Below are positions 40,516 to 52,391 of a stretch of 64,000 bases of DNA, piece by piece. Below the pieces are notes generated by a model. It ran no database searches, was not told the origin of the DNA, and was given only the letters and a program-made list of their open reading frames with translations. The stretch comes from Massalongia carnosa. Its lineage: Eukaryota. A program made the position numbers and the translations under genes. Where the stretch lies: NCBI GenBank assembly GCA_965645245.1, contig OZ287081.1, positions 1,426,001 through 1,490,000 of the forward strand, written 5' to 3'. How positions within the stretch are numbered: position 1 is the first letter of the stretch; every line of letters starts with the position of its first letter.

Positions 40516-41236
40516 GTCGATGTCGCACTCGAGCTCGACTCAGTATCAGATACTGACTTGGTTCAAGTGAGATAACGAGAAACGTAAATATCAATGATGA
40601 AAACGAACAACAGGTTTGAACTTCTCTTCGGTCCTCCAAGAGGCTTGGTTTTAAGTCCACGACTTTGCTTCGAGGCAAGATTTATCAGCATTCCCTTCTG
40701 TTCTCGTTCATTATTTGCATGCAGTGTAGTTATCCCTGTCTACATACCCTTCCAAGCCGCGAGTCCTTTTTCCTATCAATGCCACAGCTCATCAAGTCAC
40801 CCGCACCTGCTAAATAAGTAATCACAAGGAAATAGTAATCAGCATGACAGCGAAGCTATCATAGCTACCAATCATCCTGCGGTTCTTTAAACGTATCATC
40901 TAACACATGTTTCGACTAGCTAGCGTGCTTAACACACCTCATTTCTCCAAATTTTCGAAGAGAAAGGCATGAAATAACTCGCACATATCGCAGTCAAAAG
41001 ACCCTCAGGGCCTCATCAGTACAGATAGCTGGGCTCTTACAAACGTAAGGTTAGGAACAAGCGCCTAAGCGCCTCTATGAGTGAGTTCGTGAATCACCCC
41101 GTGTCCTCTGCGTATGAATCAGTCTTGGCAGATACGTAAGTCGACCTATGGCCAATACCTTCGACAGGTACCTACAGTTTGCACTATAGCTCTTTTTGAA
41201 GAACAATTTGTTTCTTTTAACCTCATTTCCCCGATA

Positions 41237-42597
41237 ATGTTTGCAAGACAAGCCTTGAGATCGTTTCAGCCATTGAAAAGTGTAAGTGTGGTTTGAGTTG
41301 AAAGATGTAATAAACAGCTTCTTTTCGTGGAGCATGTCCTGGAACCTAAGCTGACAACACCCTTGTCTATAGAATATCCGTCGCTATGCAACTCAAGGAT
41401 CCGCCAGCAGCGCCTCGAGTCCTGCTTTATACGGTATTGGAGTTGCAGTCCTGGGCGCCGGCGGCGCAGGATATTACCTTTGGAATCAAAGCGCAACAAA
41501 AGCCAAACCGAACCCAGCTCTAAAACCTACCGTAAAAGAGAACCCACCGCTTGCGAGCGATCCCAAGCCGTCAGCATCGACATTCCTTGGCGGGGACCAA
41601 GGATGGGTGGACCTAAAGCTAGAGAGCATAGAAGAGCTGAGCCCCAATACAAAACGATTTCGATTCGCTCTTCCGACCAAGGATGATGTCTCTGGTTTGC
41701 AGGTAGCGTGTGGGTAGTAAAATTTGTGTTTGGTAGTCACGAATGCGACTGACTCGCGTTAAAGCTGCTCTGTTGACTAAATACCAAGGACCGGGGATGG
41801 AAAAGGTAGAGTGATCTTCTTGTCCTTCCTCCGCATCCCCTAACAAATAAACAGCCAGTTATCCGTCCCTATACACCTACAAGCGATGAAGGTGAGCTTT
41901 CGGTTCACTTTCCCCAAAACTACCTTGCCATACTAAATCTCCACCAGACACCAAAGGTCACATAGACTTTGTAGTAAAAAAATACCCCGATGGACCTATG
42001 TCGTCCCACCTTCACAGCATGAAACCTGAACAACGCCTCGAATTCAAAGGTCCCATCCCGAAATATCCCTGGTCACCCAATAAACATAATCACATCGCCT
42101 TAATAGCTGGCGGCACAGGAATAACTCCGTAAGCTCCCCCCCAAAACATCCTTTCCCCCCATCGTTCTCACGAATAAACCCACTCTGAAACTCGGAACGC
42201 GAAACCTAGAATGTACCAACTCTGCCGCGCCATCTTCAAAAACCCCTCCGACACCACTAAAGTCACCCTGGTATTTGGCAACCTTGCCGAATCCGACATT
42301 CTGCTTAAGCGGGAGTTCGAGGAGCTAGAGAATCAGTACCCGCAGCGTTTCCGCGCCTTCTACACGCTCGACCACCCCTCCGAGTCTTGGACCCAGAGCA
42401 CGGGCCGGATCTCGCAGGAGCTGCTCAAGACGGTGCTGCCGGAGCCCAAAACCGAGAACATCAAGGTGTTTGTGTGCGGGCCGCCGGGGCTGTATCAGGC
42501 CATCAGCGGGACCAAGAAGAGCCCTTCGGATCAGGGCGAGTTGGGGGGATATTTGAAGGCGTTGGGGTATAGCAAAGATCAGGTTTATAAGTTTTAG
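41237..42597 (+). CDS. MCR1: Mitochondrial NADH-cytochrome b5 reductase 2, 6 exons
   Basis: MFARQALRS presequence-like start, TM anchor, [45 protein letters not shown] and [10 protein letters not shown]. Confidence 0.95.
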
Positions 42598-44685
42598 AAG
42601 GGAACTCCTGGGAACGAGTCTGCGGAGGAAAATAGTGTATAACAGGCTATCTTCATAACAAAACCGCGGACTTTTTAAAACGCATAGATGACGACAGAGT
42701 TATCCGCAATAGCGCTTGCGAAACCTATTACTCCCATTATCTCCAGCTGCGTTCTATTCTACTCTTCTCTGCTGAAAACAACCTAACTGTCATATCTCCC
42801 CCCCCCCTCTTTTTTTTCTCTTTCCCTTTCCCTTTCCCTTCCTCTCCCTAGCTTCAGCCCCCACTTCCTAATCCCTCCTTACCATCTCTCCGATATCCTC
42901 ATCATCTCCCACCATCCCCCTCTTCTTTCCCAATAACCCCCCTAACGTTCTCTCCCCTTCCAACCCCCACTGTAAAAAACTCTCCACAACATCTTTCATC
43001 GATCGGCTAGTAAACGTCGCTTTCTTGCTTACATTTTTTCATTCCATTTTTGTGGTAGTGCTGAAAATGTCAGGGGGGGAAGTCAAGTCTCTGTGTAATT
43101 CACTAGAAATTTTGAGATATCAGCATCAAGGCATAGATAGCATGAGTATTGGGCTTTTTTACAATATATGATTTACTTCCGTTTCCCCCCTATTTTTCAC
43201 AGTCCTATCCGTCCTTTCGTTTCGTTTCATTTCATTTCATTCCCTCTCCCTCTCTCTTTTCTACAACTACCCTCGTACATTCTGCTAGCAAAACTCCGGG
43301 CTCGCAAAGGCCGCCTGCTTACGTACTTGAGAGTTTCCCTCATGAAGAAAGGATGGATACTAAGCCCGTAGATATCGGTCTGCAAGCGTTACCACACTAG
43401 ATATTAAAGAGAGGGGGGCCTTCAGGAGAGGAGTAAGGGTTTTTTTCTTTCTTCTTTTTCTTCGTACTTAAAAAATCTCGAGATGACAGGATTTTCCTTG
43501 GCGGCTGTAAAGATTTTCACGCTTCTTTCTAAATCTCCCTGATATGGATAAATCAAGCTGATAGGGGGGAAAGATGCTTGAATAGGCCCTATTTGTAGAG
43601 CTGGCGTCAGCAGTCTCGAAAAGCCTTGCACTCCGCAATACTTCCCGTATCCCTGCGTTTTTTTAGCTAGTTTTCCACTGTTGCTCCTCAGACAAAAATT
43701 TTTAAAAAAAAGGGTGGGTGGAATACAAGCTACAAGCTCGGCGTCATAGTTAGCGGGAAAACAGTATGGGTAAAAGCAGCCGAGCGCTTCACCAATCAGG
43801 TTCAGAATTTCGTGATCGAGTAACTAGAATTTCGCAAATATTCGAGTCATGAAGTTCAGGGCCTACTGTTTTCCGGTTAATGGAAGCTGGCGTCTTCATT
43901 CTCAACAGTAGTATGGGGTTTGATCTCCCTCTGGGCGTGAGGTTAGCATCATCCCCTCTTAGGAGTCAATTAGACCCTCATAAAAAACGGTCCACAAGAA
44001 ACATGACACTCTCGCCCAAGACTACCATCTCCTCTTTGGTTGGTATCTATTCATTCTCGCTTCGTTGCTTAGAGCTGCTAGTGCCGATGAGTTGAAGAGA
44101 CTAGGGATTTGGGGGGATGCTCTATAGTAAATATGCTGATCCTAAAAGTATAATCTTAGGTTTCATTCCAAGAAGCTTTGGGGCAACTTAATGAATTGTT
44201 GAGGACCGATTTCAAGGAACCGTAGGGGCTCAAACTAGGATACAATGACAGCATGGAATAGCCAGGATCATGGGATTTATTCTAGATTTTTCTTATTTCC
44301 AGATATTGATAAACACCTCAGTGTTTTAGAGAAGCCCGAGTTCATGACGAACCTCATCACGGCCTAGCCCTACCTCAGGCCTGCTTTTCTCCGCCAATAT
44401 CTGATGCCAATTTCCTCTGCTTGTGCCTCTTGTCTCTCGTGCTCCATCGGAAGCTCATGCCTGCACTGCTCGGCATTAAGCTCGGGTTTCTATTATAAAA
44501 ATCATGCAATGTTGTTTTAGCTGGAACGATATCCGAGTAGGGTATCATCACGCCAACGAGCTCGGTATTTCCACCAAAATAGTAGTCCCAAAATGAGTAA
44601 TACAAGAAAGAAGTTGGTATTAATCTCTCAATGACGTTACTGATAACCTTTGGTTGTAGCTGAACGAGGTGGAGAATTAAGGGCT

Positions 44686-45108
44686 GATATAAAAATCATC
44701 GATTGGCCTCCTTACTCTCCTGATTTGAACCTCATCGAGCACGTTTGATATGTGCTTAAACAACTCGTCTATCAAGTTAATCCGGACATCGATTCGATGA
44801 CTGATAGTGATGATACGGTCCGCGAGGTACTTTGAAAAGCCTTGAAAGAAGCATGGGCCTCGATAGATGAGGAAATGTTGAGAAGTTTAATAGAGAGCAT
44901 AAAAAGGAGGATTGAAGCTTGCATTCAATCGAAAGGATGATATACGAAATATTAAAAATATATTTCTCAGCCCAAATTCCTTGCTAGAATATATGTAATC
45001 ATCGTACGAAGTTTCAAGGCATCAAAATAACAACTTGGTGGTTGATAATTCAAAGCAGTGGGGGAGTAAAAAGTTGAGGGGCTGTCGGAAACTTTTGACC
45101 TAGTACTG
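44686..45108 (+). mobile_element. 3' relic of a Tc1/mariner (Tc1/impala-like) DNA transposon
   Basis: DWPPYSPDLNLIEHV*..EAW..I..LIESIKRRIEACIQSKG*YTKY* (stop at 44955), with stops at Trp positions. Terminus ..TAGTACTG followed by TA at 45109-45110. Confidence 0.88.
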
Positions 45109-46184
45109 TACTTGCGCAAGGTCTATGCTACCTTCTGGTGTATATGATTCCGGTATTGCAAGCTGAAATGCAGAACAAAGACTTTGGCAATTGCTGAAGG
45201 ATGAGAAACACAGATAGAGAATGCATGCATGAAAAGTTTAGACATATCTACCCGCTTTTTCAACCGTTTCATTTCCCTATCTTGTGAGAATAGGAGAGCC
45301 TCCGTTCAGCTACTCACGCTCTCAGCGGCGTAGCAGCCAACATATGTAATATTAAATGGCGACATTGGTGAGAAATTGAGACCTTGTGCTGCTTTGTAAA
45401 ATAATTCACGATCAAAAATAGTCATGTGAATATTCGTACAAAGACTCGAAAGTCTTACTTCTGGATCAGAAGTTTTGAAGGATTGGCGGGTCGTTTTCCT
45501 CTGGCGTCTTCAAGCTGTAAACCATAAATGCTTCTTTCGAACAGTTTCCTTGCCTTATACTCTGAAGAAAATGAGAGATGTAGGGCTTTTAATTGTCATT
45601 TAGACTTGTGCCTCCCTCAACGCAAAGTGAGAAAGATTTCGAAGGTAATCATGGTTCAGCCACTTGTCCGCGCAATAATACAAGACTCATTATGAAATTC
45701 AATAACGCAACCAAAGAAATCGAATTTCTTAAGCAGCAACAACATCTGCCAGAAATGGCAAAAGGAAATTTGGCAAGAAACAACTTACATAGCCTATATC
45801 TTTCTCGACATGGCCAGATTACCAGCTTGAAATATACTGCAACAATAAGTAACATCTAGGTATTCTATGATACTACTTGACAACATGACGGGTAATAAGG
45901 AAAGATTGATTATTACCTACTCAGTAAACTCTGCAAGCCGAAAAGCAACAATCATCGAGGTCAGTGTAATGGCGCACCCCAAACTTTTATAGTTTGCTAA
46001 GGGATCATGAACGGAAGAAGCTTCCATAAAGACCTTATCGGTTAATGACGTCAACATGGAGGCCCACCGAGTGGTTATATAATCGTCCTCTATTTCCGCT
46101 TTCCACCCTACCCTCAACCCTCCGCTCAACCTCCTTACCCACCCGCCCCCGCCCCCGCCCTCTTTCCCAACCCACTTTCCCAAA

Positions 46185-47283
46185 ATGGTTCTTCTCATCC
46201 CTCTCATAACCGCGATCCCAACCGTGATTGCCGTCTCCGAAGGTGCCGCCTCGCAGCGCCGGCAAAACGCCGGCGACACCACAGATCCCGATGTCGAGAA
46301 GGCGCAGATGCGCAAGTTTACGCTGGAGTGCTATTGCGAGGGAAAGGGATGGAGGGTGCGCCAGGTACATGGCGGGAAGGTGGTGTTGAGAGGGGGAAAG
46401 GTATGTTCTGTTTGGTGTTTTGGGGGAGAAGGGGGGGTTCCTTTTTTTGAGTGGATTGGAAAATGGGGAAGGTGAAACAAGAGAAGGAAAAAGAACGAAA
46501 AGCATGAATACGGCACGCTTTTCAATCCCCATCCCCAATCTCTCCGTCCCCAACCCCTCCATCCCACCTCCATATCTTTCCAAATCTCAATCTACTAACC
46601 TCCCTGCCCTCCCAAATTTCCAGCTCTGGGTCCTCCCCCTTCCACATCCCCCCTCTACCCCCGAACAACAACCACAGAAAAAACCCAACCGCCCCTCACA
46701 TACCTTCACCGGTTTCTACATCTCTTACCCGGACCCCGAGCGGCCTCCCCCTCCACCGCTTGGGCTCGTCTCCACCGTCACGGACGAAGAACCCCCCCTG
46801 CTGAACTGGATCTACGTCGATTCCGGCACACGGGAGGTGCGGTACGGGAACCGCACGCAGAGTCGGGCGCACGTGGTCGGGAGCTGGGGATGGGATGTTG
46901 GCGACGAGGACGAGGAGGGGGAGGGAGATGAAGCAGGGGGTTTGACACTGGAAGGCGAGGAAGGGGGGGTGGTGAGGTGGACTGATGCTGATGGTGGTGG
47001 TGATGATGATGGGGGGTGGGAGATTCTCTGGGAGGGGGAGGGTGATAGGGAAAGGGTGAAGGGGGGTTTACGGGTGAGTTTCGAGAGAAGGTGGGTTAAG
47101 GCGGAGGGGGAGGAAGGAGAAGAGACAGGGAAGAAGCAGGAGGCGAAAACGGAGGAGGCGGGAAAGGGGAAGGCAAAGGGAAAGACATACACCGAGACGA
47201 CTTTCGAGGTTACGCAGACGACTGTTGGCGTCGAGCAAAAGAGGAAGAAGAAGGAGAAGCAGGGAGAGGGAAAGAGAACGTAA
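46185..47283 (+). CDS. Conserved fungal hypothetical protein, 2 exons
   Basis: Exon 46185-46400, intron 46401-46623 (GTATGT..CTAAC..CAG), exon 46624-47283. Motifs IPTVIAVSEG, HTFTGFYISYP, GLVSTV..PP.LNWIYVD..T.EVRYG. Confidence 0.8.
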
Positions 47284-47974
47284 CGGGAAAGGGGGAAACG
47301 CAAAGCGATAAAGCCTAGGTATTCAGAATCATGCGCACACGCAATACACAATCAGTATATATATTTACTATCAGCGTTATTTTTCGAAGCCATCATCCGG
47401 TTCTCCAGCCAAAATACGCCACCCCACCCACCAACCCATATCGTACGGCACCGCACTGTACAGCACAGCATAGGTTTCCCCGTTCCCCCTCCGGCTCCGG
47501 GGCACATCTCCAGTACCAGCAGCAGCAGCAGCAGCAACCATACCAAAAGCCAAGGCAAGGAGCCACCCACAAATCCTAGCTGATTGTTGTTTCCCAGTCA
47601 CGGCGGTAACGATGCGTGAGAAAGGAGGGAAGGGAGGGAGGGGGGGGGGGGGAGGACGAGAGCGCGGTTGGCAAGGAGGATGATCTCCCCGGGAGAAGAG
47701 AAATACTGCAGAGTTTTGCGGAGGGGGAGGGGGTTAGGAAGGGTCGGAGGCGAAGCGAAGGGATTATACCAGGCCTTTTTTTTGAGACGAGGAACATAAT
47801 TCTAGAAACTTTTAAAGCGAGAAAACGACCTGATAGAAGTGAAAGGGAGATATATAGGTCATCATCTTTGCGCAATTCTCTTTGCTGGCACTTTCCGTCA
47901 CTACGGGACCCTCTAAGTCTTTCAAATGCCTAAAACCCCCTCCCATGGCAACTCCAATGGACCCTACGGGCCCG

Positions 47975-48934
47975 CTAGCGATTCAACTCCTCCAGTTTGG
48001 CTGGCAGATCCAACTCGAACGGGCCGGGGGTCTGGAACTTGGAAAGCTCCAGATACCGATCGCTCGCCGCGGCCGACTCCGGCTGTTGCTGAAAGAGCTG
48101 GAGAAAGAAGGCGTTGTCGGCGATGATGTTCTGCAGCGACGGTTTGGACTGGTTGACGCGCTGCTTGATGGTGGCGAGGGCGAGGGTGGAGAAGGAAGCG
48201 ATGCGGTGCGCCAAGGTGTCCACCTCCTCGCGCAGTAACCGGTCGGTCGCGAAGGCCTGGTTAACCCATCCGATGGCGGCGGCCGTCTCGGCGTCGACGC
48301 CGCGGCCGGAGAGGATGTATTCGAGGGTGCGAGCGCGTCCGATGAGCGCGACAAGGTACTGAATGCCCCCCGCGCCGGGCAGAAGGTTGAAACCAACCTC
48401 GAACTGCGAGAGGCGGGTCCCGGGCCCGGCGTAGCGGATGTCGGTCTGCAAGGCGATCTCGTTGCCGGCGCCGGTAGTGCGGCCGGAGATCTCGGCGATG
48501 AAAATGACGGGAAGGGTAGCCAGGGAGTTTACGGTGGAGAGGATCTTGATGTTCACTTCTGTCGCATTTACCAAAGGCGTGGGTGGGTATTTACCGCTGA
48601 GGAGACGGATGTCGTAATGGGCAATCCAGAAGTCAGGATTGGCGCTCGCGAGAATAACAACTTTGATGTCGGTTTGATTGACGAGAGAGTTGACGAAGGA
48701 GAAGAGGTCGTCGGCGAGTTTCTTGTCATAAAAATTTATGGGGGGGTTGTTGATGCTGGCCCGGAGAACGCTGCCATTTACGGAGGTGGTTATGGTGCCG
48801 TAGCCTGTCGTTGAGGTTCTCTCATACGGTCTGGAGGAAGATGCGTGGACGACATAATTGAACCATCCGGGAGCAAGGAAGAGAGAAGAGATCAATAAGA
48901 CGATAGACTGGAACATATTGAGCATATTGAACAT
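47975..48934 (-). CDS. Enoyl-CoA hydratase/isomerase (crotonase) family protein with N-terminal signal peptide
   Basis: INNPPIN, SANPDFWIAHYD, GAGNEIALQTDIRYA, QFEVG..PGAGG..L..LIGRAR.LE.ILSG. Intronless with hydrophobic N-terminus. Confidence 0.88.
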   Translation of the reverse strand: MFNMLNMFQSIVLLISSLFLAPGWFNYVVHASSSRPYERTSTTGYGTITTSVNGSVLRASINNPPINFYDKKLADDLFSFVNSLVNQTDIKVVILASANPDFWIAHYDIRLLSGKYPPTPLVNATEVNIKILSTVNSLATLPVIFIAEISGRTTGAGNEIALQTDIRYAGPGTRLSQFEVGFNLLPGAGGIQYLVALIGRARTLEYILSGRGVDAETAAAIGWVNQAFATDRLLREEVDTLAHRIASFSTLALATIKQRVNQSKPSLQNIIADNAFFLQLFQQQPESAAASDRYLELSKFQTPGPFELDLPAKLEELNR

Positions 48935-49401
48935 ACTATTTACGGTTATTAGACAAAGGCTGGGTATCCAGAAAAAGGAATTAAGAGGTTTTGAATGACA
49001 GACATGACCTTTTTGAATGTGATAGATTATATATAGCCTTAGGGAAATGAATTTATAATCGTTCCAGGCCGCGAGGTCGTTACAGGCAATGATGAGTATT
49101 CATTGATTAGTAAACGACGTCTTGCCTCAAGGCATTTTTTCAACAATGCCCGAATGAAACTGGCTTGACGGCCAAGAAAAGATACAAGCGTTTCTCCAAT
49201 TATCTGAATATCCGGGCTAGGTGTATGATGATCGAGGTATGCAAATCCTTGGGGCAAATCCAGTCGAATCCTACCCAATATAGCTGATAACCACAAACAC
49301 TGCTCAGCTCTCCTCGAGCAGCTACCAAGTGATTATCAGTAAAAACCAAAGACTTTAATGTAGAATCCGGAGCATGCGAATAATCATACCTCCAGCCATA
49401 C

Positions 49402-50509
49402 TTAAACCTCTGCCCATGCCCAAATTCCCCACCAGCATTTGACTTCTGCCATCTTGTGTTCGCTTCCAATACAAGATTCCCAGTCATCAAAGCCGACTTC
49501 CTCGCCATTGATTACCAACGTGAATCCTATGGTCTCCATCCTTCTCTTGAATTCTTCGACCTCAGGCACGTAAACCTCCCTGAGAGGTAGCTCTACAACT
49601 ACTCTGGCCATCGGTCCCTCATTTAAGCATTTCACTATTGCACTGACAAGCCAAGCCGGATGCGAAGGCGAATATAAAGGGTCGGCCGCTAGTATTATAT
49701 CGACCTTTGAAAATTGCGCTTGCGCTTCACCCATGGAGAGATCCGACCAATCTAGCACGCCTACAGTAGTGGTTCTACCGCCGATGGATGTGAGAAGGTG
49801 ATTATTGCGAGTGACATTAGCGAAGAGATTGGGGACGATGGCTGGGAGATCAGTAAGGTGCACGTTGGCGTGGAAGAGAGCAGCAGCGGCTATACCGACC
49901 AGCCCTGTGCCGGCACCAAGCTCAACGATATGGGTGGGAGATTTAGAGGAGAGTGAGACCGAGTTGAGCATATTAGTATCATGGAGCAAACTGAGGGTAG
50001 TGAGATATGGCAGAAGATATGGCAGACGCTTGGCTAGAAGATAGGATGCCACCCAAGTTTTGTGTCCAAGATTATCCGAAGTAAGAGAAGGTTCATGAAG
50101 AGTTATTTCAAGTGAGATGTTAGTAGCAGGATTCGGAATAACAAAAGTACGGGATATGGATGGGATGGCTATGTTAGATCAATCAGCTCACTCAAAGGGA
50201 AGTTTGTGAAGTAGCATCACCAGTTCTCCCCGACCTCTCGCTGAGCCTCCTGCTAGCATATTCCCATATCTCTTCTTTCCGTCCGTCGGCAATCCAGCTT
50301 AGCTGGCTCGCTATGATCCCGGTCAGATATTTTGGGATGCCCTCGTCGTCAACAGCGGTGTGTGCATGGCTATCCTGCTGGCTGTTGCCATCACCCCATG
50401 AAGCGGGCTTAAGGGTCAGGAGCTTAAGAGTAGTAATGAGTTCTGCAGCCGAAGGCTGTTTATACAGCTGTGGAAGATCAAGGACTGTGATGATTTGTTT
50501 CGTTGCCAT
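49402..50509 (-). CDS. SAM-dependent protein methyltransferase, Rrg1/Efm2-like (METTL21 family)
   Basis: LDLPQLY..P, AS.RLSERSGRT(intron)AIPS..RTF, LHEPSLTSDNLGHKTW, VELGAGTGLVG, LTDL and ILAADPLYSP. Confidence 0.88.
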
Positions 50510-50660
50510 GCCTTTATAACTCAGAAGCCAATGTCGGGTTTCTGATGCAGCAGATTGGAACAAGAGGTGAAAAAGATCATCGCATTCTTCGGAGATAGAA
50601 TAGGTATCCCCGGAATCGATATGAAAAACAAATCCACATGATACAGAACAACCGATTTTA

Positions 50661-50800
50661 TCGACATAAAGACAGAGCAAAGAAACAGAAGATCTAAATC
50701 CTTACTATTCGACATAAAGACAGAGCAAAGAAACAAAAGATCTAAATCCTTACTATTCGACATAAAGACAGAGCAAAGAAACAGAAGATCTAAATCCTTA
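50661..50800. repeat. 48-bp tandem repeat, ~2.9 copies
   Basis: Unit TCGACATAAAGACAGAGCAAAGAAACAGAAGATCTAAATCCTTACTAT at 50661, 50709 and 50757 (partial), with one substitution. Confidence 0.95.
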
Positions 50801-51128
50801 ATACTATGTACTTACTCGACGACTTCGATCAAGCAGAGCTAGAGAGAAGATAATGCTTCCATCAAATTAGCAGCAGGAAAGACATTACATTACACGCATC
50901 ATCAAAACACCTCATCGTTTCTGAACAAGAGATATCGACTTCCACAGTAGGGATTTCCGTTTCAGAGGCGTGATGCGATGTTGGAAGCTTGAACCCGGAA
51001 AGGGATTAGCCTAGTTATTAGTTATCGCAAGCCTAGGCATGCCCAGGCTGTTCTTCTGGAGGCATGGGGGATGAGGTATGATGGTTGTGTCTTCCTTCAT
51101 GAAGGTTATCATACAGCAAAGAGATCAC

Positions 51129-52391
51129 TTATACTAAAAAAGTCCAAAAACTTGGCCACACAAACTCATCCTCAAATATTCTCCGAACTTGCTCCAGCAC
51201 AAATTTCTCCACTTTGCCCACATTCTTCAGCACCTGCTTTCCCCCTTCCTTGCGCCCAATCTCGCTCTCAACCCGAATCTCCCTGAGCAGACCGCCCAAC
51301 TTATCGTATCTGGAGTCGCCAAGGTCGCTGTGGCCTTCGTGTCCTTGCCGCGCCATGTTCTCCCCGGAATGATTATCCCCGTCCACTCCAACTAAAATTC
51401 GCGCGTCATCGGGACACAAGAAGCAGAAATGGGCGCGCTTGCGAACATACGCGATTAGGGCTACACCGTCAAAGCTTAGGCCTGTTATGTTGAGTTTCAG
51501 CGGGATACCGACGAAGCTTGGCATAGGATAATCGAGGAGAATCTCGGCGGTAATGGAAAGGCGCACGGTACCGATGTAGGAGATGTGCAGTACAATTTGC
51601 GTATCCATCGGGTCAGGAGCTATATTATTCGTGGCGGAGGCACGGATGGAACCATCTATGATATCTTCGGCTCGAACAGGACTTTGAATATTTGTGTAGG
51701 ATGCTGCTGTCGATGGTCGAGAGGAGGGATCGGAGTCGTGGTGGTGGTGCTGTTGATAGCGCGAGTAGGAATCTGAAGGGAAATGATGGTGGTCCCATGC
51801 AGTAGAATATGATGTTCCTCCAGCAACAGCAGCTAGAGGTGTTTGTGAACCTGACAGTCCCGCGCCCAAAGGGAGGTGGAAGTAGCTTAGGTTGGATGTC
51901 CCACCTGGAATGCCAGGCGTATTGGAGCGCGAAAGAAAAGGGGTGGCAATATGATCAGGTATCCCAAGATTCGACCGTTGGCCTGTAGGTCTGATATCAA
52001 TGAAGTTAGGTCTCGATTTGGGAGACAGTAGGGGAGCATTGTGAGAAAAGCCATTTATAATGATCCCGCTGTGAGGCTGCTCGGGCGCGTTCAATGCTTC
52101 CCCACCCCCTTGATTTTCATCCTTGACCTCTCCACATTCATCTTCATCTGCCTTTTCTTCTTCATCATCTTCTTCATTCTCATAAAACTCTGGAAGGGGG
52201 TCACAGATATCTTTCAATTTGACAATAGGACATTCTTTCCCAAAGTCAAAGGAGTGGACTTGCACAGAGCGAATGAATCGCGGCAATTCAACCTGTTGAA
52301 ACTTGGTGTGGATGAACTCTCTGATAGACTCAGCAAGCGCAAGGCCCTCTGGACCGGTGGTCAGGCTTTGCCAGTCAATATCCACTGACAT
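51129..52391 (-). CDS. MDM12: ERMES complex SMP-domain subunit Mdm12
   Basis: MSVDIDW..LAESIREFIHTKFQQVELPRFIRSVQVHSFDFG, TPGIPGGTSNLSYFHLPL, LLDYPMPSFVGIPLKLNITG and RRIFEDEFVWPSFWTFLV. Confidence 0.95.
   Translation of the reverse strand: MSVDIDWQSLTTGPEGLALAESIREFIHTKFQQVELPRFIRSVQVHSFDFGKECPIVKLKDICDPLPEFYENEEDDEEEKADEDECGEVKDENQGGGEALNAPEQPHSGIIINGFSHNAPLLSPKSRPNFIDIRPTGQRSNLGIPDHIATPFLSRSNTPGIPGGTSNLSYFHLPLGAGLSGSQTPLAAVAGGTSYSTAWDHHHFPSDSYSRYQQHHHHDSDPSSRPSTAASYTNIQSPVRAEDIIDGSIRASATNNIAPDPMDTQIVLHISYIGTVRLSITAEILLDYPMPSFVGIPLKLNITGLSFDGVALIAYVRKRAHFCFLCPDDARILVGVDGDNHSGENMARQGHEGHSDLGDSRYDKLGGLLREIRVESEIGRKEGGKQVLKNVGKVEKFVLEQVRRIFEDEFVWPSFWTFLV

Noticed and set aside
44375..44605. 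76-aa minus-strand ORF beside the Tc1 relic
   Set aside because: Non-ATG start and no recognisable homology.
26983..48934. Secondary-metabolite cluster (two P450s, reductase, crotonase)
   Set aside because: No PKS, NRPS or terpene synthase backbone; one P450 is a pseudogene; MCR1 is housekeeping.
23000..49000. Starship-type giant transposon explaining the accessory block
   Set aside because: No tyrosine-recombinase captain or boundary repeats recognised, and housekeeping MCR1 lies within.
50521..50763. 80-aa ORF with repeated peptide
   Set aside because: Artefact of the 48-bp tandem repeat (a multiple of 3).
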